64,000 nt of DNA from Minisyncoccota bacterium (GTDB lineage Bacteria > Patescibacteriota > Minisyncoccia > UBA6257 > 2-01-FULL-56-20), in assembly GCA_022843285.1 (NCBI GenBank), contig JALHNY010000003.1, positions 25,533 through 89,532 of the forward strand. The letters run 5' to 3'. The position numbers and the translations under genes were made by a program. Below, in pieces: positions 1 through 9,038 of this stretch; the stretch's first letter is position 1; each line of letters starts with the position of its first letter. The notes beneath the pieces were generated by a model, which saw only the letters and a list, made by a program, of their open reading frames with translations, did not search any database and was not told the origin of the DNA.

Positions 1-299
1 TGCCCCCTGTCGATGATCTCCTGGAGCACGCGGTGGTGCGCCTGGGGCGTGAGGCGGATGTTCACGAAGCCCGGCGCGGCAACCTCTGCGTTGAGGACGA
101 TGCCCTCAAGCTCGGGATCTCCGACGAGGCTCACGGACAGCTCCGCGGCGATGCCCATCGGGTTCGCCTTCCGCTCCTTGGCGAGCTGCAGCGCGACCGG
201 CGTCGCGAAGTGCCCGTGCTCGGCGAGGTCGGGCACCGTGACGGTGGGGTTCTCGACGCCGGTGAGGCGCGAGATGGCGCGGGCTAGGAGCTCCTGCAT
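1..299 (-). CDS. argS: arginine--tRNA ligase, N-terminal fragment; the gene continues beyond the window start
   Basis: Minus-strand translation from the ATG at 299..297 reads MQELLARAISRLTGVENPTVTVPDLAEHGHFATPVALQLAKERKANPMGIAAELSVSLVGDPELEGIVLNAEVAAPGFVNIRLTPQAHH. This resembles the ArgRS N-terminal domain, including the 'GPGF(I/V)NI' motif. The frame has no stop before the window edge, so it is absent from the ORF track. Confidence 0.6.
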   Translation of the reverse strand, partial: MQELLARAISRLTGVENPTVTVPDLAEHGHFATPVALQLAKERKANPMGIAAELSVSLVGDPELEGIVLNAEVAAPGFVNIRLTPQAHHRVLQEIIDRG

Positions 300-360
300 A
301 CGGGGAATAGTAAAGGAGGGCGCGCCTGTGAGACAGGTCTGAAATTGCTAGAGTTACGGC

Positions 361-816
361 ATGCCACAGGTAACCGGCACCATCGCGGAGAACCGGCGCG
401 CCCGGTTCGACTACGAGATCCTCGAGAAGATTGAGGCCGGCGTCGTCCTGTCCGGGCACGAGGTGAAGAGCGCCAAGCTGGGCCGCCTCAACCTCTCCGG
501 CAGCTACGCCCTCGTGCGCGGCGGCGAGGCGTACCTCTTCAACGCGTCCATCCAGCCCTTCCCGGGCGCGAACGTCCCTCCCGGGTACGATCCCTCGCAG
601 AACCGGACGCTCCTGCTCGAGAAGAAGCAGATTCGTGAGCTCGAGGGAAAGCTGAAAGAAGCGCGCCACACGCTCGTTCCCCTGCGCGCGTTCGTGACGC
701 GCAACCTCATCAAAGTGGAGCTGGGCCTCGCGCGCAGCAAGAAGGGCACGGACAAGCGCGAAACAATAAAGAAGAGGGAGACGGACCGCGAGGTGCGGCG
801 CGCGTTGAAGCGGTAG
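361..816 (+). CDS. smpB: SsrA-binding protein SmpB
   Basis: The 151-aa product aligns with SmpB throughout (…FDYEILEKIEAGVVLSGHEVKS…), including the basic C-terminal tail. It is followed by a terminator and then a tmRNA gene. Confidence 0.9.
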   Translation: MPQVTGTIAENRRARFDYEILEKIEAGVVLSGHEVKSAKLGRLNLSGSYALVRGGEAYLFNASIQPFPGANVPPGYDPSQNRTLLLEKKQIRELEGKLKEARHTLVPLRAFVTRNLIKVELGLARSKKGTDKRETIKKRETDREVRRALKR

Positions 817-819
817 CAA

Positions 820-852
820 AAAGGAGGGCTCACCGGTCCCTCCTTTTGTTTA
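820..852 (+). terminator. rho-independent terminator after smpB
   Basis: Hairpin AAGGAGGG-(loop)-CCCTCCTT followed by TTTGTTT. Confidence 0.6.
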
Positions 853-1079
853 TCCTTTCCTCAAGCCTCTTGAGCAGCGGGTAGAAGAAGTAGAGCAGCA
901 ACCCACCTGCAAGAAAGATAACGAGAAACGTTTCATCGAAGCTGCGCGCGAACTCGGAGTTGGCGCTGCGCATGGATGAAATGAAGTCGCCGTCTGTAAC
1001 GAGCTTCTGAAGAAACATGTGCGCACCTCCACGCGTAACAAGATGTTGGGAGCTACGTTATGTATACCAGGAGCACGTA

Positions 1080-1108
1080 TTGCTGTAAACATAAATTCGT
1101 GGTATAAT
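1080..1108 (+). promoter_or_regulatory. sigma70-type promoter for tmRNA
   Basis: TTGCTG, a 17-nt spacer, then TATAAT ending 8 nt upstream of the tmRNA 5' GGGG. Confidence 0.55.
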
Positions 1109-1116
1109 GCTCTCGC

Positions 1117-1483
1117 GGGGATGCACGGCTTTGATGGCGGACGATCCGCAGCCTGCGCGCCGAGCGCCAACTCGTGAATCTGGCAAAAACAAATACCTGG
1201 CAACCAGCGCGTTGCAGCTCCGGCCTTCGCTTTTGCGTAAGCCCGAGCTTCCCAGCTCCTAGAGGGCTGGCATCGGAACCGATTCGCCTCTAGTCGATCT
1301 TCCGGTGTTACAAAATGAGGCTCGCCCGGTCGCCCGTTTGTGGTACATGGCGCCCGAGTTAAACCCCAGAACCGCTCCTCTACTTCTGTAGAAGAAACTT
1401 CCGTTCCAGCAATGGGACTACGCGCGTAGACGGCTGCGTTCCCGGCCGACCAGACGAGGGTTCGACTCCCTCCATCTCCACCC
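1117..1483 (+). ncRNA. ssrA: tmRNA (transfer-messenger RNA)
   Basis: The 5' end GGGGATGCACGG… pairs with the 3' end …CATCTCCACC as a tRNA-like acceptor stem. The 3' T-arm GAGGGTTCGACTCCCTC closely matches E. coli tmRNA (GCGGGTTCAACTCCCGC CAGCTCC ACCA). The length of ~367 nt is typical, and the gene lies immediately downstream of smpB. An internal short reading frame ends in …AAPAFAFA-stop and is a candidate tag. Confidence 0.8.
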
Positions 1484-1565
1484 GAAAGATATTGACGTAA
1501 CTATTAAAAGTAGTTATTAATATTTTTAGCTTTTTGCTAATACTAAAACGTGAGGAGGAAAACGG

Positions 1566-2276
1566 ATGACCATCCTGTTTTTCATTGTGCTGACCGTGTT
1601 CGTGGCGGTCGCCAACAAGCAAATCGGATTCATTTTAATGAAAGGTTCGATCTTCGAACCGCTCCGTCGCGCAATCGGGCGCAAGGCACCTGCGAGCTTC
1701 TTCGCCGGAAAACTGAAAGAGCTGTTCTCTTGCAAGCTGTGCATGTCAGCCCAAACTGGCTTGCTCTTCTTCGCAACACCGGCTGCTCTCTTCGGCACCA
1801 ACCCCCTGACCGCCATCCTGGCGGGCGAAACGACCACCCTGGTCACAGTCTCCATCGGAGCCCTGCTCTGGTTTACCACCGGAATGTACGTCTCGGCGGC
1901 GACCATGCTCGCGTGGAACGCACTGGAGTACCTGCCGGAGAGAAACCGAATTCTGCAGGAACACTACGAGGCAATCCGATCCCTGGCAGCCAAGAAGGTT
2001 GGCGCCGGAGATGGGGAAATCAGCTTGGAGCTCTTCTGCGAGCTCATCGCGCACCTCGAAAAAGAGTGCGACCCAATATTCTGGTGCGGATTCGAGCGGC
2101 TCGCGTGTCGCAAAGAAACCGCCGAAGAATTTCTGGAAGGACGCTTCGACGCGGATACCGCTCAGAGCGTTCTCGCCAGGCTGAGCCCTCGACTGCGCCA
2201 GTACTTCGCCAAGCGCGAGACCGACGATGCCCAGGAGAGGCTCGCCCTCCAGGCGGAGATATACGCACAAACATGA
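1566..2276 (+). CDS. hypothetical membrane protein with an N-terminal CxxC motif (DUF1360-like?)
   Basis: There is a strong RBS (GAGGAGG) 6 nt upstream of the ATG. The N-terminal third is hydrophobic, contains a CKLC motif, and the C-terminal half is hydrophilic. The family assignment is tentative. Confidence 0.4.
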   Translation: MTILFFIVLTVFVAVANKQIGFILMKGSIFEPLRRAIGRKAPASFFAGKLKELFSCKLCMSAQTGLLFFATPAALFGTNPLTAILAGETTTLVTVSIGALLWFTTGMYVSAATMLAWNALEYLPERNRILQEHYEAIRSLAAKKVGAGDGEISLELFCELIAHLEKECDPIFWCGFERLACRKETAEEFLEGRFDADTAQSVLARLSPRLRQYFAKRETDDAQERLALQAEIYAQT

Positions 2277-2366
2277 ATCACTCACGAAACTCTTCACACG
2301 AAACATTGGGACCGCAGCGCGGTCCCTTGTGCGTTTTGCACAGGTGCGAAGTAGTACAATGAAGTC

Positions 2367-2804
2367 ATGGCCTCATACAAAATTCTTTCCCTCACCGGCC
2401 TCCGCGTGGCCCTTGGAGGACTCTTCTTTTACGCGGGCATTACCAAGGTGGCGAATCCAGACTGGAGCGCTGCGGGGTACCTGAAAGGCGCGGAGAACTT
2501 CACCGGCTTCTTCGGCTGGCTCGCCTCTCCGCAGGTCCTGCCGCTCACGAACTTCCTCAACGAGTGGGGGCTGACGCTCCTCGGCATCTCACTGATCCTC
2601 GGCATCTTCGTCCGGCTGTCAGCACCGCTGGGGGCAGCAATGATGGTCCTGTACTACGTGGCACTCAGCTTCCCGTTCCCGAACGAACACGCCTTCATCT
2701 TTGACGAGCACATCGTGTACGCGCTCGCCCTCCTGGTGCTCGCCTCGCAGCACGCCGGGCGCCACTACGGCCTGGACGCGGTAATCAAGAGCAGGTTCAG
2801 CTAG
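2367..2804 (+). CDS. DoxX-family membrane protein
   Basis: The 145-aa product has four predicted TM helices and begins with the 'LRVALGGLFFYAGITK' pattern typical of DoxX. Confidence 0.55.
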   Translation: MASYKILSLTGLRVALGGLFFYAGITKVANPDWSAAGYLKGAENFTGFFGWLASPQVLPLTNFLNEWGLTLLGISLILGIFVRLSAPLGAAMMVLYYVALSFPFPNEHAFIFDEHIVYALALLVLASQHAGRHYGLDAVIKSRFS

Positions 2805-2899
2805 CTTGACTCGCCTCCGGGTGGGGGTATGTTCTGGGTGGTTCTAACCGTCCCGTCACAGCACGGGGCATAATCCAAACGAATAAGGAGGGACAGAAA

Positions 2900-3943
2900 A
2901 TGTCCGCAAATACAGCAAAAACGGGTGAGAAACGAGTTCACCCGCTCATTACCAAAACCGCCCATGGAATCAGGGACTGGGGAGAGTGGCTCGACCTTTG
3001 GGAAGCAGCCGAATCCTTCCAGACACTGAACGGACTGCTGCACGTCGGGTTCAGCGTGAACCTGCCGTGGCGCACAGAGGACAGGGAGAACGGCAAGGAC
3101 TGGCACGACCGCGTGCTCTTCTACCTGCAGGTTGCAGATCGCTGGAAGGAGCACGGGTGGTGCGTCACCGAGTCCGAAGCAAACGAGCGGTTTTTCATTG
3201 GTCTCAACGAGAAGGGCGAAGGCGTTCACAAGAACGCCGGAGAGCTTCGCGGAAAGCTCAGCGAGAAGGCATTCGCCATGCTGGCGGGTCACTTCTTCAA
3301 CGCCGAGCTCTGGGATTTGTACGAGCACAGGAAGTTTTTCTGGATCTGGAACGGTATCGGATCATCTGAAAGGCTCCTCGCCGAGCTCGCACACTTCTTC
3401 AGGCTGGACGGCTCAGCTGTGCTGGGTTCCCGCATGGTGAACCTGGGATGGCGGGACCAGTCACACCACGAGGTGCGCGCGGAGAAGTTTCTGAAAAACT
3501 TCGCAACGTACCTCTGGGAGTGGCAGGCAGAAGAGCTGTGGACCGGAGACGAAGAGAAAAAGCGCGCGCATCGAGAAAGGGTCGCGGCGCACCGTGCCCG
3601 TCTGGGTGCCGCGAAGCTCTGGGTCGTCGAGTCTCTCGATGCTCTGCACCAGCTCAGCTTTCTCGAGCGGTGGATGGACCGGCTTGATAAGCCAGTCCTC
3701 GGCAAGCTTCAGGAAATTGCCATGCGCACCGAACTGAAGTCGTACAGCCATACAGTCAAAGACCACCGCAAGGTGGCGACGCTCGAAGAGGCTTGCTACG
3801 CTGGATCCGATGCAGCCTGGCTCCTGGCTCGGCACAAGTTGCTGACCCGTGAGGGGAAGCGGCTACGCTCGATTCAGGAAGCCCAGGAGGAGCGAGATAA
3901 GGCTGAGCAGAAGATAAAGAAACTGTCCGCGCAGGCTACCTGA
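2900..3943 (+). CDS. hypothetical protein (347 aa, Trp-rich, coiled-coil C-terminus)
   Basis: Long ORF with a GGAGGG RBS 8 nt upstream. No family recognised. Confidence 0.5.
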   Translation: MSANTAKTGEKRVHPLITKTAHGIRDWGEWLDLWEAAESFQTLNGLLHVGFSVNLPWRTEDRENGKDWHDRVLFYLQVADRWKEHGWCVTESEANERFFIGLNEKGEGVHKNAGELRGKLSEKAFAMLAGHFFNAELWDLYEHRKFFWIWNGIGSSERLLAELAHFFRLDGSAVLGSRMVNLGWRDQSHHEVRAEKFLKNFATYLWEWQAEELWTGDEEKKRAHRERVAAHRARLGAAKLWVVESLDALHQLSFLERWMDRLDKPVLGKLQEIAMRTELKSYSHTVKDHRKVATLEEACYAGSDAAWLLARHKLLTREGKRLRSIQEAQEERDKAEQKIKKLSAQAT

Positions 3944-4029
3944 CGCGGAGCAGCCAGAGGGATCGCACTTGCGGTCCCTTTGCACGTTCCGGCACCAAAT
4001 CCACCGAGCCGGCATGGTAACATGGGCGC

Positions 4030-4575
4030 ATGAGCAGAACCCCATACGCAGCTATCACGGCACTAGCAGCCATTATTGTCATCGGAGGGGCAATCACGTT
4101 CTCCTCCAAAACCCAGCCCGGGAACGAGCCCGCTCCGAACGAGCAGGCGAGCAGCACCCAGAGCGGGGGCACCACCAGCGTTAAGGTAGCCCTGCTGGAC
4201 TACACGGGCGAGAGCGACGGCAAGCAGCGCGGCTGCGACCGGGTGGCCATGGTGGACCGCACCGTGCCCCTGACCCAGGCTCCCCTGACGGCAGCCATGA
4301 ACGAGCTCTTCAATGTGATTCCCGCGGAGCTGGACGGGTACAGCAGCTTCATGCCGAAGACCGCCGCGACGCTGAAGTTCGAGAGCGCCACGGTGGCAGA
4401 CGGCGTCGCGAAGATCTACCTCACGGGCAGCCTCTCCGGACTCGCGGGCGTCTGCGATGATCCCCGCGCAAAGATTCAAATCGAGGAGACCGCGCTCCAG
4501 TTCCCCACCGTGCAGTCCGTGAAGCTGTACCTGAACGGAACGGAAACCGAGCTGCAGCCGAACGAGCAGGGCTAG
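4030..4575 (+). CDS. secreted/lipoprotein-like GerMN-domain protein
   Basis: An N-terminal TM/signal segment is followed by a domain resembling GerMN/Gmad2 (…VKVALLDYTG…AAMNELF…VKLYLNG…). Confidence 0.45.
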   Translation: MSRTPYAAITALAAIIVIGGAITFSSKTQPGNEPAPNEQASSTQSGGTTSVKVALLDYTGESDGKQRGCDRVAMVDRTVPLTQAPLTAAMNELFNVIPAELDGYSSFMPKTAATLKFESATVADGVAKIYLTGSLSGLAGVCDDPRAKIQIEETALQFPTVQSVKLYLNGTETELQPNEQG

Positions 4576-4582
4576 GCGCGAT

Positions 4583-5959
4583 ATGGCAGAGAACAGATCT
4601 CCCTGGCTGAGCCAGCTTCGTGCGGACAGGCCCAGCCACAAGTTGGACCGGGATGGCGACGCGGACGTCGCCATCATCGGCGCGGGCATCGCCGGCATCT
4701 CGACGGCCTTTTTTATTCTCAAGAACACCGAGAAGACGGTGGCAGTTCTCGAGCGGGACAAGCTCGCGCACGGGGCAACCGGCCACAACGCGGGCCAGGT
4801 GGTCAGCTACTTCGAGATCGGCTTTGCGAAGCTGGTGGAGCTCTTCGGACAGGAGAAGGCGAAAGCTGGGCAGCTCGCCGTCGAGGACGCCTGGGGCTTA
4901 ATCGATGAGATGTACCGGGACGCGCAGATGGACATCCCCTTCGCACGCTTCATGGGGCACGCCGGCCTCATGACGCTGGATCAGGTCATGCGGCACATCA
5001 ACAATAACGCGGCACGCGCAGCAGCTGGGCTAGACGTCGAGCGCATGCGCATCGCGGACAGCGCCCCGTTCCTGGGTGAAATTCCAAAAGAGCACGCAGA
5101 CCTGTACGAGGTGGTGCCTCACGCCGAGATTCTCGATGCGCTCGAGACCAAAGTGACCGACTACCTCGCCATGCTCTCGCACCAGAAGGGTGTGATCAAC
5201 AGCGCGCTCTTCTGCCAGGAGGTCGTGGCGTACCTCCAGGGCAAGTACCCGGACCGCTTCACGCTGTACGAGCACTCGCCCGTGGCGAAGGTCATTCTCC
5301 ACGAAGAAAGTGCGGTGCTCGACGTCATCGAGCACACGCTCACCGCGAAGCACGTCGTGCTCGCCACCAATGGCTTCGAGAAGTTCACCATCATCGACCA
5401 GAACAACCTAGTCCTCGATCACAAGTTCCACCAGCTCATCGAGGGAACGGTCGGATACATGTCCGGGTACCTCGAGCCCATGGACAAGCAGCCCGTCGCG
5501 ATCAGCTACTTCGACAAGGGTGAGGAGGACGCCTCGCACAACGATGAGCTCTACTACTACCTCACCCGCCGCCCGTACGAGCAGGGCGAGGCCAGCCAGA
5601 ACCTGATCTCCATCGGCGGTCCCGACGTGGACATGCAAGACTCTCGGGCGTACCGCCGGGATCAGGACTTCCCGGATTCCCTCATAGCCAGCATCGATGC
5701 CTTCGTGAAGAAGACGTACGACCCGGACCCGAACCGGGCCATCGAGTACGTCTTCACCTGGCACGGCCTCATGGGGTACACCACCAACTGGGTCCGCTTG
5801 GTGGGCAAAGAGCCCCGGAACCCGGTCCTGCTCTACAACCTGGGCTGCAACGGGGTCGGCATCCTGCCCTCCGTGTACGGGGGAAGCCGGATTGCGGAAC
5901 TGGTAGCCGGGAAAGAGCTCGAGCCGTCCATCTTCGACGTGCCTGCCAGCCGCAGTTGA
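4583..5959 (+). CDS. FAD-dependent oxidoreductase (DAO family)
   Basis: N-terminal Rossmann dinucleotide-binding motif DVAIIGAGIAGISTA; length 458 aa. Confidence 0.65.
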   Translation: MAENRSPWLSQLRADRPSHKLDRDGDADVAIIGAGIAGISTAFFILKNTEKTVAVLERDKLAHGATGHNAGQVVSYFEIGFAKLVELFGQEKAKAGQLAVEDAWGLIDEMYRDAQMDIPFARFMGHAGLMTLDQVMRHINNNAARAAAGLDVERMRIADSAPFLGEIPKEHADLYEVVPHAEILDALETKVTDYLAMLSHQKGVINSALFCQEVVAYLQGKYPDRFTLYEHSPVAKVILHEESAVLDVIEHTLTAKHVVLATNGFEKFTIIDQNNLVLDHKFHQLIEGTVGYMSGYLEPMDKQPVAISYFDKGEEDASHNDELYYYLTRRPYEQGEASQNLISIGGPDVDMQDSRAYRRDQDFPDSLIASIDAFVKKTYDPDPNRAIEYVFTWHGLMGYTTNWVRLVGKEPRNPVLLYNLGCNGVGILPSVYGGSRIAELVAGKELEPSIFDVPASRS

Positions 5960-6029
5960 CCCGATCTGGCATTGGTGGCTCAATGCAGGCAGTTTGCGAA
6001 GCAAAACAATTCAAGAAGGGAGGAACACC

Positions 6030-6836
6030 ATGTCAAAAGACACGAGCTTTTCCCACTGGTTCGAACTGTGGGAAATTTTTGAGCAGTACCGCGGGGCACG
6101 GCGCACCGTGACAGACGAGTTCATCGCCTCGGTGAACTTCGGTGCAGTGGGGCAGCTACCTTTCCAAATTAGAAAGGTGCTGACCTACATGCAGAACATA
6201 GAGGGTGCTGTCTGGGGCGTGTACTTCAGGGAGCTCAGCAGGACTCCGACCGGGCGCAACCCCGTAATCGGAAAGTTCTTGGAGAACTGGCTGGAAGAGG
6301 AGAGGCGACACGCCGCGCTCCTGGAGCAGGTTCTCGAGGCTGCCGGGGGTGCGGTTCCGGGCAAGCTCATGCAGCCCTGGGACACCAGTTGGGTGGCGCG
6401 CATCATGGGAGAAAATCTGTTCGGCGGCGTGCACATGGCAATGGGCGCGACCAATGAACTGATGACCTCTTTTGCGTACAAGACCTTGGCAAAAATCGTC
6501 CGCCGCGAGCACCCGGAGCTGGCGCGCGTGCTCATTGCCATTGCGACTGAGGAGTCCATGCACTACGCGTTCTACTACAGAGTTGCCCGGGTGTACCTGG
6601 GGCAGTCTCGGCGAGCGCGCTGGGTAGCCGCTCCGATTCTCAACCGCTTCGCGGTTGGCGTCGGGGTGGGGGTACGGGAAGTAGAGGATGCCCACGAGGT
6701 CTTCCGCTTTCTCCTGGAAGGTCACCGCGACGATTTCATCGAAAAGGTGGCGAGGAAAATCAGGCAGCTCCCGGGGCTCGGCGCGTTTGACGCCATGGAA
6801 CGCCTGTACGACAGGGTTTTTGCGACCCAGGCATAA
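6030..6836 (+). CDS. ferritin-like diiron-fold protein (hypothetical)
   Basis: The likely start is ATG 6030, because a GGGAGG RBS sits 7 nt upstream; the ORF track starts it at 5994. It has two E-x-x-H motifs (EEERRHAALLEQ and EESMHYAFY) typical of a ferritin-like four-helix bundle. Confidence 0.45.
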   Translation: MSKDTSFSHWFELWEIFEQYRGARRTVTDEFIASVNFGAVGQLPFQIRKVLTYMQNIEGAVWGVYFRELSRTPTGRNPVIGKFLENWLEEERRHAALLEQVLEAAGGAVPGKLMQPWDTSWVARIMGENLFGGVHMAMGATNELMTSFAYKTLAKIVRREHPELARVLIAIATEESMHYAFYYRVARVYLGQSRRARWVAAPILNRFAVGVGVGVREVEDAHEVFRFLLEGHRDDFIEKVARKIRQLPGLGAFDAMERLYDRVFATQA

Positions 6837-6980
6837 CGGTGGAGCCGCCTCACGAGGTGGCTCCTTCCCATTTTGCACGCTGCCCCCCGGCACGGGCTGC
6901 CGGCGGGAACCTGGACCCATCTTTGACAGAAACCCCCTATTTCCTTACGATTCGGCGGCACCTGTAGTCATTCGACAGCC

Positions 6981-7487
6981 ATTCAGAAATTTCGCGTTAA
7001 CAGCCAGATCACTGCCCCAGAGGTGCGGGTACTTGGAGAGGATGGAGAGCCGGTAGGGGTCTTCCCGCTAAAGGAAGCCCTGGCCATGGCAAAGGACGGC
7101 ATCGACCTCATCGAGGTCGTGCCGCACGCCAAGCCACCCGTCGCGAAGCTCATGAGCTTCGACAAGTTCCGCTACCTCCAGGACAAGGAGGAGAAGCGGC
7201 AGAAGCAGGCGAGCAAGTCATCCGGGATCAAGCAGATTCAGGTGACCGCCCGCGCTGCTGAGCACGACTGGTCCACCAAGATCAAGCAGCTGGATAAGTT
7301 CCTCGAGGAGGGTCACCCCGTTGAGGTCCAGATGAAGCTGCGCGGACGCGAGAAGAGCCCTGGCATGCAGGATTGGGTCAAGGAGCGCCTCGCCACCTTC
7401 CTCGGAATGGTGTCCGTCGAGTTCAAAATCATTCTCCCAGCGCGACCCGGAGGCCGAGGGGTCATCATGCAGATCGGCAAAAAGTAA
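6981..7487 (+). CDS. infC: translation initiation factor IF-3, probably using a non-canonical AUU start
   Basis: The track ORF starting at GTG 7023 (…VRVLGEDGEPVGVF…) matches IF-3. The same frame stays open upstream to a stop at 6924 and reads IQKFRVNSQITAPEVRVL, matching the IF-3 N-terminus (…INGEIRAQEVRL…). ATT 6981 is the classical autoregulated infC start type. ATT 6939 and ATC 7008 are alternatives. Confidence 0.75.
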   Translation: MQKFRVNSQITAPEVRVLGEDGEPVGVFPLKEALAMAKDGIDLIEVVPHAKPPVAKLMSFDKFRYLQDKEEKRQKQASKSSGIKQIQVTARAAEHDWSTKIKQLDKFLEEGHPVEVQMKLRGREKSPGMQDWVKERLATFLGMVSVEFKIILPARPGGRGVIMQIGKK

Positions 7488-7506
7488 CCACACATTCACC
7501 ACCACC

Positions 7507-7680
7507 ATGTCCATGAAGAAGAGCGTCAGCTCACGTATCAGAATCACGAAGAACGGGAAGGTCATGCGTCGCACCATGGCAGTCGGTCATTTCCGCACCC
7601 GCAAGAGCGGCAAAAATTTGCTCCGGAAGCGGATGCCGGTCTCCTCAAACCTGAGTGCCCAGACCCTCAAGACCTACTAG
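7507..7680 (+). CDS. rpmI: 50S ribosomal protein L35 (57 aa; below the ORF-track cutoff)
   Basis: Manual translation gives MSMKKSVSSRIRITKNGKVMRRTMAVGHFRTRKSGKNLLRKRMPVSSNLSAQTLKTY. This is basic and L35-like, and the gene lies between infC and rplT in the conserved operon position. Confidence 0.7.
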   Translation: MSMKKSVSSRIRITKNGKVMRRTMAVGHFRTRKSGKNLLRKRMPVSSNLSAQTLKTY

Positions 7681-7715
7681 CCAAACCCGTACCCACCTTG
7701 TTACAGTAGCCACCT

Positions 7716-8069
7716 ATGCCACGAGTTAAGCGGGGAACCATAGCCCACAAGCGTCGCGAGAAGCTCCTCAAGAAGACCAAGGGCTTCAAGTGGGGCCGCA
7801 AATCCAAGGAGCGTGCCGCCAAGGAGGCCCTCATTCACGCGGGCGTCCACGCCTTCCGCGGCCGCAAGGAGAAGAAGCGCACCAACCGCGGCATCTGGAA
7901 CATCCGGATCAACGCGGCGCTCCGCGCCGGCGAGGAGCCCCTGTCGTACAGCGCTTTCATCAAGCTGCTCAAGGACAAGAACGTTGACCTCAACCGCAAG
8001 GTGCTCGCCGACATGGCGGACAAGCGCCCCGAGGCGTTCGCGGACGTGGTCGCGATGGCCCGGAAGTAA
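7716..8069 (+). CDS. rplT: 50S ribosomal protein L20
   Basis: MPRVKRGTIAHKRREKLLKKTKGFKWGRK… is a clear L20 sequence. Confidence 0.9.
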   Translation: MPRVKRGTIAHKRREKLLKKTKGFKWGRKSKERAAKEALIHAGVHAFRGRKEKKRTNRGIWNIRINAALRAGEEPLSYSAFIKLLKDKNVDLNRKVLADMADKRPEAFADVVAMARK

Positions 8070-8088
8070 GGAGGGACACGCAATAAAA

Positions 8089-8120
8089 GGGAGCCGGCGA
8101 AAGTCGGCTCCCTTTTATTT
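8089..8120 (+). terminator. rho-independent terminator of the infC-rpmI-rplT operon
   Basis: GGGAGCCG-GCGAAAGT-CGGCTCCC followed by TTTTATTT. Confidence 0.7.
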
Positions 8121-8131
8121 CGTGCGCAGGA

Positions 8132-8404
8132 TCACTGGACCAGGACCCCCTCCCCCCGAAGCAGCTGCAGCTTCCTGTCGGCACCGAAGCGGTACCCGCC
8201 GGGGGTGCCGTCACTCCTCACCACGCGGTGGCAGGGAATGCCGGTCACGTGGATGCCGTACCGGTTCATGATGGTGCCCACGGCGCGGGCGGCCTTCGGG
8301 TTGCCCGCCCGGGCGGCAACTTCGCCGTACGTCATCGTCTTCCCAGCTGGAATCTTCGCGACTACCGCGATGACGCGGTCCCTGAAGCTACTTGGCTGCT
8401 GCAC
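8132..8404 (-). CDS. methylated-DNA--protein-cysteine methyltransferase, DNA-binding domain only (MGMT/Ogt C-domain)
   Basis: The 90-aa product carries the PCHRVV active-site motif and the upstream 'NP(K)AARAVG' helix. There is no N-terminal domain. Confidence 0.65.
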   Translation of the reverse strand: MQQPSSFRDRVIAVVAKIPAGKTMTYGEVAARAGNPKAARAVGTIMNRYGIHVTGIPCHRVVRSDGTPGGYRFGADRKLQLLRGEGVLVQ

Positions 8405-9020
8405 CGGCGTGCGGCTTCGGAGCCGTTCCCGACTGGCCGCGACCGCGGCGCCCGCGTCCCCGGCGCGAGAAGCGCTTGCGCGGCTTGCGCGCGCCGCCGT
8501 GCGCCGGCTCGGCCTCGCCGGACTCTTTGCGCAGGAAGTCGTGGGCCTGCTTGAGCACCCGCTTCGTGCCGACGTACTTGGTGCCGATGATCTTCATCGC
8601 GTCCGCGTACAGGAACCACGCGTAGCCGCTGTGCTCGCGGGGTGAGATGACGACATCCGCCTTCTCCGTCTCGGCGAGGTACAGGATGACCGTGTCGTAG
8701 ATGCGCTCGTCCCCGATCTTGAAGTTGTAGCGGAGCTGGGTCTTGAACCCCGGCACGAGCTTGAGGTCTTTCTCCTGAATCCCGGTCTCCTCGCCGAGCT
8801 CGCGGAGCGCGGCGGTCAAGTCGTTCTCCCCCTCCTCGAACTTGCCCTTGGGGAAGTTCCAGTACGTCCCGCGGCGGTACAGGAGCAGGTACTTGGTGCC
8901 CTCCTCCGTCTTGCGGTACACCACAAAACCAGCGACGGTCTGCTTCTTGACCGTCGCTTTACTTGCGGGCGCAGCCGCTCTGGGGCGCTCTCGCTTTTCG
9001 AGCATGGGGACACTATACAC
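8388..9020 (-). CDS. NUDIX hydrolase
   Basis: Nudix box …GEFEEGENDLTAALRELGEETGI…; basic Arg/Gly-rich C-terminal tail. Confidence 0.7.
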   Translation of the reverse strand: MYSVPMLEKRERPRAAAPASKATVKKQTVAGFVVYRKTEEGTKYLLLYRRGTYWNFPKGKFEEGENDLTAALRELGEETGIQEKDLKLVPGFKTQLRYNFKIGDERIYDTVILYLAETEKADVVISPREHSGYAWFLYADAMKIIGTKYVGTKRVLKQAHDFLRKESGEAEPAHGGARKPRKRFSRRGRGRRGRGQSGTAPKPHAGAAAK

Positions 9021-9038
9021 CAGGCCCCCGCTCCCCGG

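Noticed and set aside
106-819. A 237-aa minus-strand ORF spanning smpB
   Set aside because: It is antisense to smpB, which has a convincing homology-supported frame. The genuine minus-strand gene here is the argS fragment at 1-299 in a different frame.
830-1203. Minus-strand ORFs of 62 and 117 aa between smpB and tmRNA
   Set aside because: They overlap the smpB terminator hairpin and the tmRNA promoter and 5' region. There is no RBS and the composition is biased, so they are most likely spurious.
1380-1906. Minus-strand ORFs overlapping the tmRNA 3' end and the start of the 1566 gene
   Set aside because: They cover a structural RNA gene and a well-supported plus-strand CDS.
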